Positions 19,165-29,511 of a stretch of 64,000 nucleotides of DNA are shown here, piece after piece. Position numbers and translations under genes: made by a program. The notes under the pieces are model-generated. The model was given only the letters and a program-made list of their open reading frames with translations, was not told the DNA's origin and did not search any database. Origin of the DNA: a virus (Duplodnaviria; Caudoviricetes). The DNA is taken from positions 32,001-96,000 of IMG/VR virus record IMGVR_UViG_3300013121_000037, one strand, 5' to 3'. How positions within the stretch are numbered: the stretch's first letter is position 1; each line of letters begins with the position of its first letter.

Positions 19165-20868
19165 CTAGCGACGATGCAAGCCCCAACTGCGCCGGTCCTG
19201 TTGCAGTGGCCGATAGGAGGATTGCTCGCTGCTCCGCTGCGGTGGTTTATCCTCGGCATGGGGTGTCATGTTCCGCCGCGGCGTATCCACCCCTGAAGGC
19301 ACTCCCATGCTAAATCCTTCCGCGTAGGCCAAGTTCAGCGCGTCCATATCATCGGGACTGCGGCCAATCTTGTCCTTGGTGTCCCGCTTGGGTTCCACCA
19401 CCCGTCGCCCCTGACTGTCCAGCCAGTATTCCGGAGCCAGTGCCTGCTGCTTCAGTTTCTGCCGCAGCAATGGGTCCAGACGTACCAGCGACAATTCACC
19501 CCGCTTCGCTCTTTCAGCAACCGTAAACCATAATTCATCGCGTCGCCGTGGATAATCACTCGGTTTGTGCGGACTGGAGCCAGCATTGATCGGGATAACC
19601 CGGTAACCGGCCTCACGCAGGCCATCCACCACGCCACCGCCAACACCATCATCATCCACCTTGATCGGCACCTGTTTGGAAATTACCGTTTTCTGACACC
19701 ACTGCTGACTGGCCTTTTCTGCCCATTCCGTGGCCAGTTGTTTTAACCGGCCAATCGTGTGACTGGTATCCCGCTTGTTGAAGGACTCGTGTAGCAAACT
19801 GGTGCCACCCACCCGAACATGGATCGCCGTCCAGTCATCACCGAACCGGGCCACATCACAACCAATCTCGGGAACAGCATCCGCTGGCATGGGTAACACG
19901 TTCAATTCCACCGCCCCCCAGAGATTATCAGACCAGATTCCATAGGTTCCCGCAGAGGGCCAGCGCCCCAGACCGCGGGCCTCAAAGATCGGTCCGGGTC
20001 TGTACCAGCGCCCGGGCTTGCCAGTGATTGCGCTGGGTGGCCACTCAAAATCCGTGGCGGTGACTTGCTCAGGCGAGAGCGGTTCGCACCAGTCGGCTAT
20101 CCAGACCTCCACCTGATCTAGCGTCACCGCCGCCGGAATCGGTGGCTCGCGGCCCTGCACCTGAGCAATGATGTTGGGATGCTCGAGCGCCGACACCTCA
20201 AACCGGTGCCAGGCCGCTGTGCTGCTGGTGTCCTCCAGATACGCCCGACTGGTCGTATCGGTGGGATTGCAAATAGCGAGCCAGAACATGAAGGGCCGCG
20301 GTTTCCACATGGTAGCCGTGGTCGTCCAGTAGGTCGCATCCACACCGCACGCCTCATCGAATACCACCAGCATGCGCTCCGGATGCCGCCCCTGAAAACT
20401 CTCCCCTTTGGCTGCCGTGTACCCCTTGGCATAATGCTCCTGTGAGGAGGACATTTCCGGCGCCTTGGGCAGCAGGCCACCAAGTCCCACCCGCTCCCGC
20501 TGACTGCGCACCTGTGCCCAGAGCAGATCCACCACATCACGCTTGATCGGTGCCGTGGTGATGGCCAACCCCGGATCGAAGGAGTCGTAAAACCAGTTGA
20601 CCAGCACAGCGGCGAGATGGGTTTTGCCTACCGAGTGGGCCGATTTCACCAGCGTGCGATAGGGCGGGCGCAGCAGCGAACCCGCTATTTCCCGCTGCCG
20701 CTCCCACAGGTCGATTTCCAGGATGTTTCTGGCATAGGCAACCGGGTCAGTCGGGTAGGCATTGACCGGCAGACCCCGGTAATTGGTCACCTGGGGTTGG
20801 CCTCGGTTCTCCCGCAGGAGCAGTAGTTTGTCCACCTCCTGCATCTTGCGCTGCAATATGTCTGCCAT
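19165..20868 (-). CDS. terL: Terminase large subunit
   Basis: Walker A SAHSVGKT; Walker B VVFDEA; coupling motif ICNP; nuclease motifs GCDVARFGDD and RSPDDMDAL. Confidence 0.92.
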   Translation of the reverse strand: MADILQRKMQEVDKLLLLRENRGQPQVTNYRGLPVNAYPTDPVAYARNILEIDLWERQREIAGSLLRPPYRTLVKSAHSVGKTHLAAVLVNWFYDSFDPGLAITTAPIKRDVVDLLWAQVRSQRERVGLGGLLPKAPEMSSSQEHYAKGYTAAKGESFQGRHPERMLVVFDEACGVDATYWTTTATMWKPRPFMFWLAICNPTDTTSRAYLEDTSSTAAWHRFEVSALEHPNIIAQVQGREPPIPAAVTLDQVEVWIADWCEPLSPEQVTATDFEWPPSAITGKPGRWYRPGPIFEARGLGRWPSAGTYGIWSDNLWGAVELNVLPMPADAVPEIGCDVARFGDDWTAIHVRVGGTSLLHESFNKRDTSHTIGRLKQLATEWAEKASQQWCQKTVISKQVPIKVDDDGVGGGVVDGLREAGYRVIPINAGSSPHKPSDYPRRRDELWFTVAERAKRGELSLVRLDPLLRQKLKQQALAPEYWLDSQGRRVVEPKRDTKDKIGRSPDDMDALNLAYAEGFSMGVPSGVDTPRRNMTPHAEDKPPQRSSEQSSYRPLQQDRRSWGLHRR

Positions 20869-21259
20869 GTTCCGGTGTCTTCTCGCTCGCCTTCAGGCGG
20901 CGCTCCAGTTCATCCACCCGTGCCATCAGATGCAGAACTTCCGTGGTCTTGATCCCCTGGTCCAGGATGGCCTTTGCTGCCACATTGGCCACACTGGGAA
21001 ACTCGGAATCCAGGTTGTTATCCAGGGTCCGCACCGCCTTGCTCATCCGCGCCGCCAGTTGTCCGGCGGCCCGGTTGACCAAGTTATCCCGCTGCCGCAC
21101 CACCTCCTTGCGAAAGTCTTCTTCCAGCAGGCGCTTGTGTACAGTGCGCGCTGATACCCCCACCTTCTCGGCTGCCTTCTTGACGGTCAACCCCGAGGCC
21201 AGCAACAAGGCCAACTGCTGGTTTACCTGTCGGCGTGGTTTAGCCATAATGCGCAGCAA
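20747..21259 (-). CDS. Probable terminase small subunit (HTH)
   Basis: HTH GLTVKKAAEKVGVSARTV directly upstream of terL. Confidence 0.7.
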   Translation of the reverse strand: MLRIMAKPRRQVNQQLALLLASGLTVKKAAEKVGVSARTVHKRLLEEDFRKEVVRQRDNLVNRAAGQLAARMSKAVRTLDNNLDSEFPSVANVAAKAILDQGIKTTEVLHLMARVDELERRLKASEKTPEHGRHIAAQDAGGGQTTAPAGEPRPTPGDQLPGSAGQCLPD

Positions 21260-21381
21260 AGAGAAACGGCGTGAATTTGTGGTTATTCATCACCCGCCTG
21301 TCCCATGATGAATACTGGCCATTTTACCAACTGGTGCTTGCCATGTCACACCGCACAAACTGCTGCGCAAAATGCTACTGT

Positions 21382-22119
21382 CTACTTTTGCGCAGTGGTT
21401 GGTTTATCCTGTCGGCACTGCGCACAGCAGACGTGGTCACCGAATACCAGATCGGCGCGGGGATAGTCCGCCCCACAATAACAGCAGTGTTCAATCTGCC
21501 CGTCCAGTCGCCAGAGTGCTGCCGCCACCCATTCCGGTGTGCGTCGGGAGCGGGACTCTGGCGAGAAACCGTACCACGTTTCCAGGTACATTTCGCACTG
21601 CCGCCGCAACTGACCGATTTCGTCCAGGGTCAGTTGATGCAGATTCACTGTTGCTGGAGAACACGCTGGAGTGGGTTGCTGGCGACCGCGGTCTTCAGGT
21701 GGGCGTTTGCTACCCGGTGGGTTGCGCCGGCCAAAGTCACCTTCGCTGCCATCGGTCTGCCAGGACTCGTGGTAGTAGGGTAAATCCGGGTCTGGCATCA
21801 TCAGGAGTCGCACAGGTGGCGTCCCCAGGATGGCCAGGTAACCAGCATGGTCATCAATCAGGATGTCGATATGGTGCTCCTGGCAGACCACCGCCTTGCA
21901 GCGTTCGCCATGAGTTTCGTAGTCGGCACAGATGACTTGCTGGGGCGGAACAGCAAACCCGTTATCGTGGCAGAAAGTGGTGGCTTTCTGGTGTGGCTTC
22001 ATGTCGCTGATAACGAACACCTCGAGCTCAGAGGAAAGCAGCAGGACTTGCACCAGCGGTCGGAAGATGTCCGGGTATTTGGACAGGCACCCGCCAATGT
22101 CGAAAGCAATCCGGGTCAT
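21382..22119 (-). CDS. HAD-superfamily-like protein
   Basis: RIAFDIGG and DILIDD motifs; bracketed by palindromes, with the stop inside palindrome 21362. Confidence 0.6.
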   Translation of the reverse strand: MTRIAFDIGGCLSKYPDIFRPLVQVLLLSSELEVFVISDMKPHQKATTFCHDNGFAVPPQQVICADYETHGERCKAVVCQEHHIDILIDDHAGYLAILGTPPVRLLMMPDPDLPYYHESWQTDGSEGDFGRRNPPGSKRPPEDRGRQQPTPACSPATVNLHQLTLDEIGQLRRQCEMYLETWYGFSPESRSRRTPEWVAAALWRLDGQIEHCCYCGADYPRADLVFGDHVCCAQCRQDKPTTAQK

Positions 22120-22187
22120 CTGGTTTTCCTCTTCCTGCGTGCTGCGCAAAAGTAGACTGTTGAGTTTTGACCAGTGGGTGGTATCAC

Positions 22188-22586
22188 TTAGGACCGCACC
22201 ACATACGCTTCCAGACGAATCAGGTCCGGGCGCTGCTCGGACAGATACATGCGCAGCGGTGACACCTGCTCACCTGCCTGGAGTTGTCCCACCTTCTCCC
22301 GTAACTGGAGCGTGGCCTGCCGGAATGCGGGCAGCGTGTCGTCGGCGTTGGGCGGGTCACGGAACTCCACCACCACGCAGCGCACCACCTGACCACTTAG
22401 AATGGCTCTCTGCACCGTGGTTTCTTTGGCCAGCGGTTGTGGCCAGAGAAGATCCCAGATGACATCCAGTTCACCGAACACCGGCACCCCGGACCAGACC
22501 ACCCGCTCCGTGCTGCTGCTGACAGTAGGTAATACCAGAGCGGTTGCTGCCGCGGCGGTCAAGGTGCAAAACTCACGACGATTCAT
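22188..22586 (-). CDS. Hypothetical protein with Tat-like signal peptide
   Basis: MNRREFCTLTAAAA. Confidence 0.55.
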   Translation of the reverse strand: MNRREFCTLTAAAATALVLPTVSSSTERVVWSGVPVFGELDVIWDLLWPQPLAKETTVQRAILSGQVVRCVVVEFRDPPNADDTLPAFRQATLQLREKVGQLQAGEQVSPLRMYLSEQRPDLIRLEAYVVRS

Positions 22587-23242
22587 GTTAGGCTCCTGTC
22601 GATGGGGTTGGCGGAGTTGGTGGAAAGTGCTGCAGCCAGTTGGGGTGCGTACGCGGCGGCCAGGGTGGCAATGGTGTTGACGTTGATGGCAAAGGCGATG
22701 TTCTCGGCACTGTCGCGGACTGCCACGTTCAGGCCAATCAGTTGCCCCTCGCTGTTGAGCAACGGACCACCCGAATTGCCCGGATTGATGCTGGCGTCGT
22801 GCTGAATCAGATCGTCCAGTACCGACCCCGTTGGCATGGTGATACGCCGCCCCAGTGCCGAGATGATGCCAGCGGTGACCGTGTTGGCATACCCCAGCGG
22901 CGACCCAATGGCCACCACGGTTTCCCCCACCAGCAGATCCGGAACCGGATGGATTTCCAGACAGGGCAGTGGTGTGGCATGATTGACCCGCACCACCGCC
23001 AGGTCATGCTCCTCACTGCGGTTCAGCACCAGGCCGGGCAAGCGCTCCCCCGTGGCCAGCACCACCTCCACATCGTCAAAAGTACCAACCACATGACGAT
23101 TGGTCAGGATGATGCCGCTTGGCGAGACAATGGCACCCGAACCAATGGAGGGACGCGAATCCGCCCGCGTGTACACGTTGATCGTCACCACAGCCGGTAA
23201 CACTTTTTCCACCACCTCGACAATGACACTGCGCCGACTCAT
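22583..23242 (-). CDS. Trypsin-like (HtrA/DegP-type) serine protease lacking PDZ domain and signal peptide
   Basis: LTNRHVV, DLAVV, INPGNSGGPL catalytic triad motifs. Confidence 0.9.
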   Translation of the reverse strand: MSRRSVIVEVVEKVLPAVVTINVYTRADSRPSIGSGAIVSPSGIILTNRHVVGTFDDVEVVLATGERLPGLVLNRSEEHDLAVVRVNHATPLPCLEIHPVPDLLVGETVVAIGSPLGYANTVTAGIISALGRRITMPTGSVLDDLIQHDASINPGNSGGPLLNSEGQLIGLNVAVRDSAENIAFAINVNTIATLAAAYAPQLAAALSTNSANPIDRSLT

Positions 23243-23925
23243 GACGAAATTCCTCTCTGGATAGTCAGGATAAATCGCGCCGGGCATCCTGGGGATGGTG
23301 CAGTTCCTGGCACTGCGCCGCCCGCTGCTGCAAAACCTGCCAGTATTCCGTGGTCCCGGGCAAATGTTGGGTCGGTTCCGGTTTGCTGGCCACGACATTG
23401 TCAAGCCCTGCCCCTCGCATGTTGCTCCGGCAAACCAGATGGCCAAACCGTGTCAGTACCGCAGGATCGTGATAACAGGTCCAGCACAATTGCCGGGGCC
23501 GATTGGCCACCTTCTGCTGACAGTTCCGGCACTGCGGTTTCACTGCGGACAACTCCATTTTGAAAAACGTCGGCACCAGGCACCCAGTACAACTATTTAT
23601 GGCGGATTTCCTGCAAAATTCGGTTGGCAATCCATCCCAAAGATTTGAACAGTTTGCTCCGGTCGCCGTACAGGTCTGGATAAAGCACCGTATGAGCGAG
23701 GTAGGTGCTGGCACATACCTCGCAAAACCAGAAATCATCATGGTTTCCTTCTGCCCAGCGCTCCGTCCCCTCACCGCGATAGTTTTTCAGCGGGATGCCG
23801 CGAAAACCACAGCACTCACATTCTCCTGGTGACTCTGTAGTTTGTTCCTGCTCACCCATGACAAAAACTCCTCTCCACCATTCACTGCGCAAAAGTAGAC
23901 AGTTGCATTTTGCGCAGTGAGCAGG

Positions 23926-25056
23926 CTACACCGGGGTTTCCTTGACCACGATTGGCACCAGCACATAGCGATAATGGTCCGCCGTGGTCAGCAAGGATGG
24001 CGAGGTTGCATCCTGCAAGTGCCAGGTCACCTCCTCGTCAGTCGGCAGCACCTTGAGAAAGTCCAGCACCGCCTGCGGCGCCAGGTAAATGGTGAGGGCC
24101 GGTCCCGTGAACGCGATGGGAATGGCCACCTTGGCCCGCCCCGTTTGCGGTCCCTGTGCCGACAGGGTCAACCTCCCATCCGTGAAGGCAAACTGCACCC
24201 GCCGCGTTTGCTCATCCGTCATCGTCGCCGCCTGCCGTACCGCCGTCAACAATACCCCAACCCGTACTTTGGCCGTGGCCACACAATCCTTGCTGGCTGG
24301 AATCACCGCCTGCCAGTTTGGAAAACGTCCCTCCACCAGCCGGCTATACAATAATCCCCGCTCACTCTGCACCAGTATCTCATTGGCGCGCAGCGTTACC
24401 ATGATCCGCTCGTCCGGGTCGGTCAGCAGCCGTGCCAGCAGCACCAGTGCCTTTTCTGGCACCACCGGTTGCCCCTGCGGTGGCGCAGTGCCATTGGTTT
24501 CTACCTCCTGCTCCGTCACCGCCAACCGCCGTCCATCCGTGGCCACCAGATGCAGCGCCGTCCCCCGCACATCCCAGAGAATGCCCCGGGTTGCCGTGTA
24601 ACGGGCATTCTCCTCTGCCACCGCGAACAGTGTCCTGGTAATGAATTTCTGCACGTCACTGGCCAGCAAAGAATACCCAACCAGGCCACTGACCACCGGC
24701 ATATCTGGGAAAATGCTGGGGTCTTCCCCCGGCAATTCAAACTCCGTGCTGTCAGTAACAATGGTCGTCGTGGTGTTGTCCGAGGTGATGGTCAAACTAT
24801 CGTCGGGCAACTCCCCCAAAATCGCAGTCAGTTTGGCCGCAGGCCACAGCGCCGCTCCCGCCTCCAGCACCGCCACCGAACGCAGGTCCAACCGTAGACC
24901 AATCTCGGTATCCGTGCCCTGCACCGTGATACCGTTGTCCGTGGTGGACACCTGGAAATTCGCCAGCACCGGCATGACCTGCTTGCCCGTGGGAATTACT
25001 CCCAGTATGGTCTTGCACAGTGCCAGTAGTCCCTGCCGATGTACCGTGATCTTCAT
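23926..25056 (-). CDS. dnaN: DNA polymerase III beta sliding clamp
   Basis: 376 aa; VATDGRRLA, SRLVEGRFPNW, YVLVPI. Confidence 0.92.
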   Translation of the reverse strand: MKITVHRQGLLALCKTILGVIPTGKQVMPVLANFQVSTTDNGITVQGTDTEIGLRLDLRSVAVLEAGAALWPAAKLTAILGELPDDSLTITSDNTTTTIVTDSTEFELPGEDPSIFPDMPVVSGLVGYSLLASDVQKFITRTLFAVAEENARYTATRGILWDVRGTALHLVATDGRRLAVTEQEVETNGTAPPQGQPVVPEKALVLLARLLTDPDERIMVTLRANEILVQSERGLLYSRLVEGRFPNWQAVIPASKDCVATAKVRVGVLLTAVRQAATMTDEQTRRVQFAFTDGRLTLSAQGPQTGRAKVAIPIAFTGPALTIYLAPQAVLDFLKVLPTDEEVTWHLQDATSPSLLTTADHYRYVLVPIVVKETPV

Positions 25057-25737
25057 GATAATTCCTTGCCGGTTTTGAGTCGTTCCAGGTCGCGTTCCGC
25101 CCGCAAGAGTGTGTCCACCCAGGGTTCGCCTGGCTGCTGCTCGGCCAGGTCGTGGTGCCAGACCGAACCACCATAGCCGTAGTCGAGTACAAAACTCCAG
25201 CGCAGAGTATGACTGGACAGGTGCAACCGCACCGCCACGATTTGCCGCGCCCGCCGGTGAGATTGGTTGAGTTGCACCGCCAGTTTTCCCTGCGCTTTCA
25301 GGAGGGATGTCAGTCGCTGTTCAATGACAGCCTGACTCCAGGGAGCATCCTGGTAACCGTAATGCGGAAACCAGATACGCTGCTGGCCACCCACCCGGAT
25401 GTCGAACGCCTCCCGCCAGGCGTCCACCGAGTCGTTGCCAATGTCCAAAAGGGCGTAGTGAAAACGCCGCTTCAGGTCGCCCAGACTGACCACGGGCCGA
25501 ATGCTGGTCATGCCAGTGCAGGTGGGTTGGCACGATAACAGCGCCTTGACAGCGTGGGCCACCCAGGGTTGCCGCTGGCGCTCGGGCGTGTCCAGTTCCT
25601 GGGCCGAGCGCACCATCCAGGCCAGCACCCCAAGTGCCTGCTCAACGCTGTAGGGATAGGGCCAGTAGCAACCAGGGCGCACCAGTTCCACGAAGTGACA
25701 GGTAACACAGCGTTTGAGTTTGCTGAGCGCTGGCATC
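25053..25737 (-). CDS. Hypothetical protein
   Basis: ORF coupled to the dnaN start. Confidence 0.5.
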
Positions 25738-25922
25738 ACTCCATCCTCTCTGCCAACCGGGTACACTCGGGTTGCGACCAGGCCACCCGCCAACCAAATA
25801 GAGACTTTGCATGCTGCCTTCCTGATAGCACATGCCATACCACCACCACAGCATTTCCCAGAGGAGAGTGCTAAATCCAGAAGTGCTCACTGCGCAAAAT
25901 GCAACTGTCTACTTTTGCCCAC

Positions 25923-26324
25923 TCACTCAGCACCCTGCAACTCCAGCAGGCGCAGCACTCCCGCCGAATCCAGGTGCTGTTCCAGCAGGAAAATCACCTC
26001 TGGCAATTCCTGCTGCGGCACCAGTCGCAACACCTGCGCCGCCACTTCTGCCGGACTGCCCACCAGCACACCAGTTGCCTCTCTGCCGCCGAGCAGCGGC
26101 GCAGGTGACTTCTGGACCACTGCTACCTCTTTCGCTGGCAGATGGGCATCCCGCAGCGCCAGGAACTCTGCAATTGCCTCTGCACTGACTACCTTGCCCA
26201 GCAAACACCGCCGCCATCCCGACTGCAATGGCCAGGACACCCCAAGCACTTCCAGCTGCTGCCGGTTCCAACCACCATTCCGACTCATCCCCTCTTCCAG
26301 CAACTCCCGCGTTACCACTGGCAT
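25923..26324 (-). CDS. Hypothetical protein
   Basis: 133-aa ORF filling the interval between palindromes 25889 and 26336. Confidence 0.6.
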   Translation of the reverse strand: MPVVTRELLEEGMSRNGGWNRQQLEVLGVSWPLQSGWRRCLLGKVVSAEAIAEFLALRDAHLPAKEVAVVQKSPAPLLGGREATGVLVGSPAEVAAQVLRLVPQQELPEVIFLLEQHLDSAGVLRLLELQGAE

Positions 26325-26970
26325 ACCAGCACCTCACTGGGCAAAAGTAGACAGTTGCATTTTGCGCGATTTGTGGAAATTTTCGATGAAATTTGTGCGG
26401 ATTTCCGTGCGCACTTCTAGCGCTAGCTATTTCTTTGTCTTCTGGTCTGAGAAGACCTGTCGTGTTATCTAGCACATCATGTACCACTGAGAAGAGTAGT
26501 GGTCTGCTCCCAAAATCCTTCGGGTTCGCAGGCGGGCGCACCGACCCCGTGCGGAGTCGGTGCAAGTGGTCAAAATCCCCCTGGGACGGCAGTTCGGTTC
26601 GACCTTCCGGGGACCGGTTGGGGTTGCCAACCATGTGCCAGGACAGTGCTGCCTGGCGTGGTTTTTTAACGCTGTTCACCCGGAATTCGCACCCGTCACA
26701 GCGTCCATCGTGAGCGTTTGTCAGACCGTTTCGGCAGGCACATCTGACCGATGGAATACGAACAACCTTGACCCTTGGCGCTGTACTTGTTTGGACTTCA
26801 CCAGTCCCTTTGCCTCGGCTGTCGGTGGGTCAGATACCGTTTCCCAAATGGTGGGTGTCGTTTTGACTTCAGCAGTATCCCGCACCCGGCAACAGGCTTT
26901 TGGGATGTGCTGGTGGTCAAAATGCGACTGTCGCATTTTGACCACTGGTTAGTCGTGGCCAGAAACAAAA

Positions 26971-27052
26971 TCAGCCATTGTTTCCAGCAGTGTGACCTGC
27001 GAGTCCACCCTCACGACAGAGGTGATTCGCAACTGCTGGAAACAATGGCTGA
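26971..27052. repeat. Long hairpin: perfect 21-bp inverted repeat with an internally paired loop
   Basis: tcagccattgtttccagcagt (26971-26991) pairs with actgctggaaacaatggctga (27032-27052). Confidence 0.9.
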
Positions 27053-27108
27053 GAGTGTATTCTCAGTGTCGTGATGCTGCTTTTCAAGTGCCGGTCAATA
27101 GCACAGAA

Positions 27109-27855
27109 TCAGAATTTACCCGAAGCGTCATCCCCGTGCAACCGACGCTGCTCTACAAAATCGATAATTTCTTTGGGCACGAACATGCCGGGCATGTAGT
27201 TGGTGCCCTGGTAACGAAACGGCAGCAGGACGCGGGTAACACCGTTCTCGGTGCGCAGGCAGCGTGCGGTTGGTTCGCGGCGCTCCAGTTCTGCCAGCAC
27301 TGCCGCTGCCTGCCGGTGACTGTACCCGGTCGCAATGGCCTCGGAGATACCATACTGCAACAGGCGTTTCAGTTGCATATCGCTGACACGCTCCCGCGGC
27401 GAAAAGGTAAACGGTTCATCCGCCTTCAGTTCTACAGGATTTCCGGATAACTCAGCAACGAGTTCCGCCAGGTTGCTGTTCTTTTCCTGTCGGACAGTGT
27501 TGAGCAACTCTTCCGTCAACTCATACGCCCGCTTCTCTGTCAGGTTGGTGGCAGTAACCCCCAATTGTTTCAGCAACTCCATCTGCCACTTCAGTGCTGG
27601 TCGCTGGTCGCTCAGGCCGACTGCAACCGGTTCCGGTTTCTTACCGAAACTGACCACATGCGGCACTGCCACGGTTTTCTCGGGTGCTGGTTTCAGCCAG
27701 GTCGTTGCCAGTACACTGTCCAGCAGTTCGCCGTTGCGGCCATGCCAGAGACAGCGGCAGGTTGGTCCGTCCCGGTGAACTTCGGCCACCGTCATCCGGG
27801 GACCGCCGGACTTCAGTTGTACCACGTCACCCACCGCGAATTTCACTTCAGCCAT
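27109..27855 (-). CDS. DUF2158/YodC-like domain protein
   Basis: FAVGDVVQLKSGGPRMTV. Confidence 0.7.
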   Translation of the reverse strand: MAEVKFAVGDVVQLKSGGPRMTVAEVHRDGPTCRCLWHGRNGELLDSVLATTWLKPAPEKTVAVPHVVSFGKKPEPVAVGLSDQRPALKWQMELLKQLGVTATNLTEKRAYELTEELLNTVRQEKNSNLAELVAELSGNPVELKADEPFTFSPRERVSDMQLKRLLQYGISEAIATGYSHRQAAAVLAELERREPTARCLRTENGVTRVLLPFRYQGTNYMPGMFVPKEIIDFVEQRRLHGDDASGKF

Positions 27856-27963
27856 CGACTCACCTCGCTTCTGCTGCGCAAAACTCGACTGTCTACTTTT
27901 GCCCACCTTGATCAGGAATGCGATTCACTGCTGCGCAAAATGCAACTGTCTACTTTTGCGCAG

Positions 27964-28227
27964 TTACTCCAGTTCCCAGCCAGCGGCAACCAGTTCGTCA
28001 TGGGTGATGACTGCCACTTTCAGCAACTGGCAGGTGCAGACAAAGAAACCGCTGGACACAACATAGGTCACCGCCTCGATCCGAAACACCCGGCCAACCC
28101 CTGGAAATGGCACATTATCGAGTTGGCAGGCCAGTCCTGGGAAGGGCGGGAACGGCAAACGGATACGCTGTTCGTAGACGTGTCCCGTGGGCGCCACAAT
28201 TTTGCAGTGAACAGGGAAGCCGCTCAT
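27964..28227 (-). CDS. Hypothetical protein
   Basis: Coupled ORF whose stop abuts palindrome 27930. Confidence 0.5.
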   Translation of the reverse strand: MSGFPVHCKIVAPTGHVYEQRIRLPFPPFPGLACQLDNVPFPGVGRVFRIEAVTYVVSSGFFVCTCQLLKVAVITHDELVAAGWELE

Positions 28228-28709
28228 GCCGTCACCTTCAGCAACAACCGCGCCAGGCAGACAGCGTGGGGTGCCGTCTTTGCTTCGACAAATTCCACTT
28301 GATTGCTACTGGCGTAATCCCAGATCGTGACAACGTAGTCACCACGTTGGCGCCGCGTCAAAATCACACCGCAATCAGTGCCAAACGACTCCAGCACCTC
28401 TTCCAGGTCGCGGAATTCGGTGCTGTAGTTCGGTAGGTCGCGGATCACTTCGCCTTGCGCGTCACGCTGCCGCGAACCGCAACGCCACCAATCTGCGTAG
28501 CGATTGTCTGGGAACTCGTCGGGCAATTCCGTGAACACCAATGGGTTGAAATTCCAGCGCACGAAATCCGGTGTGTCGGGCGGAAATAACCCAGCCAAAT
28601 TATGATTATTGTTGCGCCACCAGCGCCAGCCAAAGACGTGATAGGCTATCAGGCCGTCGAGTTGCCGTCCGGGTGGCAGAGCGAGAATTTCAGCACGGGT
28701 CATGGTCAC
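28224..28709 (-). CDS. Phage ABA-sandwich-like domain protein
   Basis: GRQLDGLIA..FGW, PNYST, APHAVCLARL pattern. Confidence 0.6.
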   Translation of the reverse strand: MTMTRAEILALPPGRQLDGLIAYHVFGWRWWRNNNHNLAGLFPPDTPDFVRWNFNPLVFTELPDEFPDNRYADWWRCGSRQRDAQGEVIRDLPNYSTEFRDLEEVLESFGTDCGVILTRRQRGDYVVTIWDYASSNQVEFVEAKTAPHAVCLARLLLKVTA

Positions 28710-28947
28710 TCCTCCTGGCCGCTCAGGGTACGCTGCACCAGATCCAGACGGCGCTGCAAGATAGCCTTGTCACGCTCCAATCTGCCAATGGTATCCAGGT
28801 GCCGGTCGGCACAATGCGACCACGTTCGGGCGTTGTCCAGGTTGCTGTTAGCCGCATGGAGTTCCTTGCGACACAGCACAAAAAACACCAGCGCCAGGCC
28901 AAAGGTGACCAACAGCAACACTTCACAGTATTCCGGAGTCAAAAACA

Positions 28948-29415
28948 TCAGCAGTCCTCCTCGAATGGTCCGTACACCTCGACCATCAGCGCCGCAGCCT
29001 CGTGCAGTCCCAGTTTTTTGGCTTCAGAGACGTAGTGGGGCCAACCATTGCCGTTGCTCACCTCCTCGCTCAATCCGCATAGACTGGGCCGCGACTCCCA
29101 CCCCTTGCACCCTTCTGCTTTCTCGATTCTCTCGATGGCGTCCAGGATGGCCTCGCATTTCATACATCGGACGTAGTCAAATGTCTCACCGAAATCGTGC
29201 TGATCGTTGGGACAGGTGACACCCGTGGTGCCGTCCTCGCTGTTGGCATCCTCGCAGAAGCGGCACAACTCATACTGCTGCTGATGGATGGTGCGCCGCT
29301 GTTCGCTGGCAGCGATGAGACGGTGGCACTCGTTGCAGGTGGTAGCCGTGGCTGATGCCACGATGTTGCTATCGACTACCTCCGCGTACCAGTCATAGTC
29401 GATGTCAAAGCACAT
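28948..29415 (-). CDS. Cys-rich hypothetical protein
   Basis: Several CxxC pairs; RBS ggagg. Confidence 0.6.
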   Translation of the reverse strand: MCFDIDYDWYAEVVDSNIVASATATTCNECHRLIAASEQRRTIHQQQYELCRFCEDANSEDGTTGVTCPNDQHDFGETFDYVRCMKCEAILDAIERIEKAEGCKGWESRPSLCGLSEEVSNGNGWPHYVSEAKKLGLHEAAALMVEVYGPFEEDC

Positions 29416-29511
29416 AGGTTGCCTCCATTAGCACAAGTGGTCTTCCAACCGCGACACATCACGCTGCAAGGCTGCGCATTGTCGCTCCAGTTCCTGCACC
29501 CGCTGTTGGCT

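Noticed and set aside
26538-26563. tracrRNA-like gcaccga..gtcggtgc hairpin
   Set aside because: Resemblance is short and there is no cas9 or anti-repeat; kept only as a generic hairpin.
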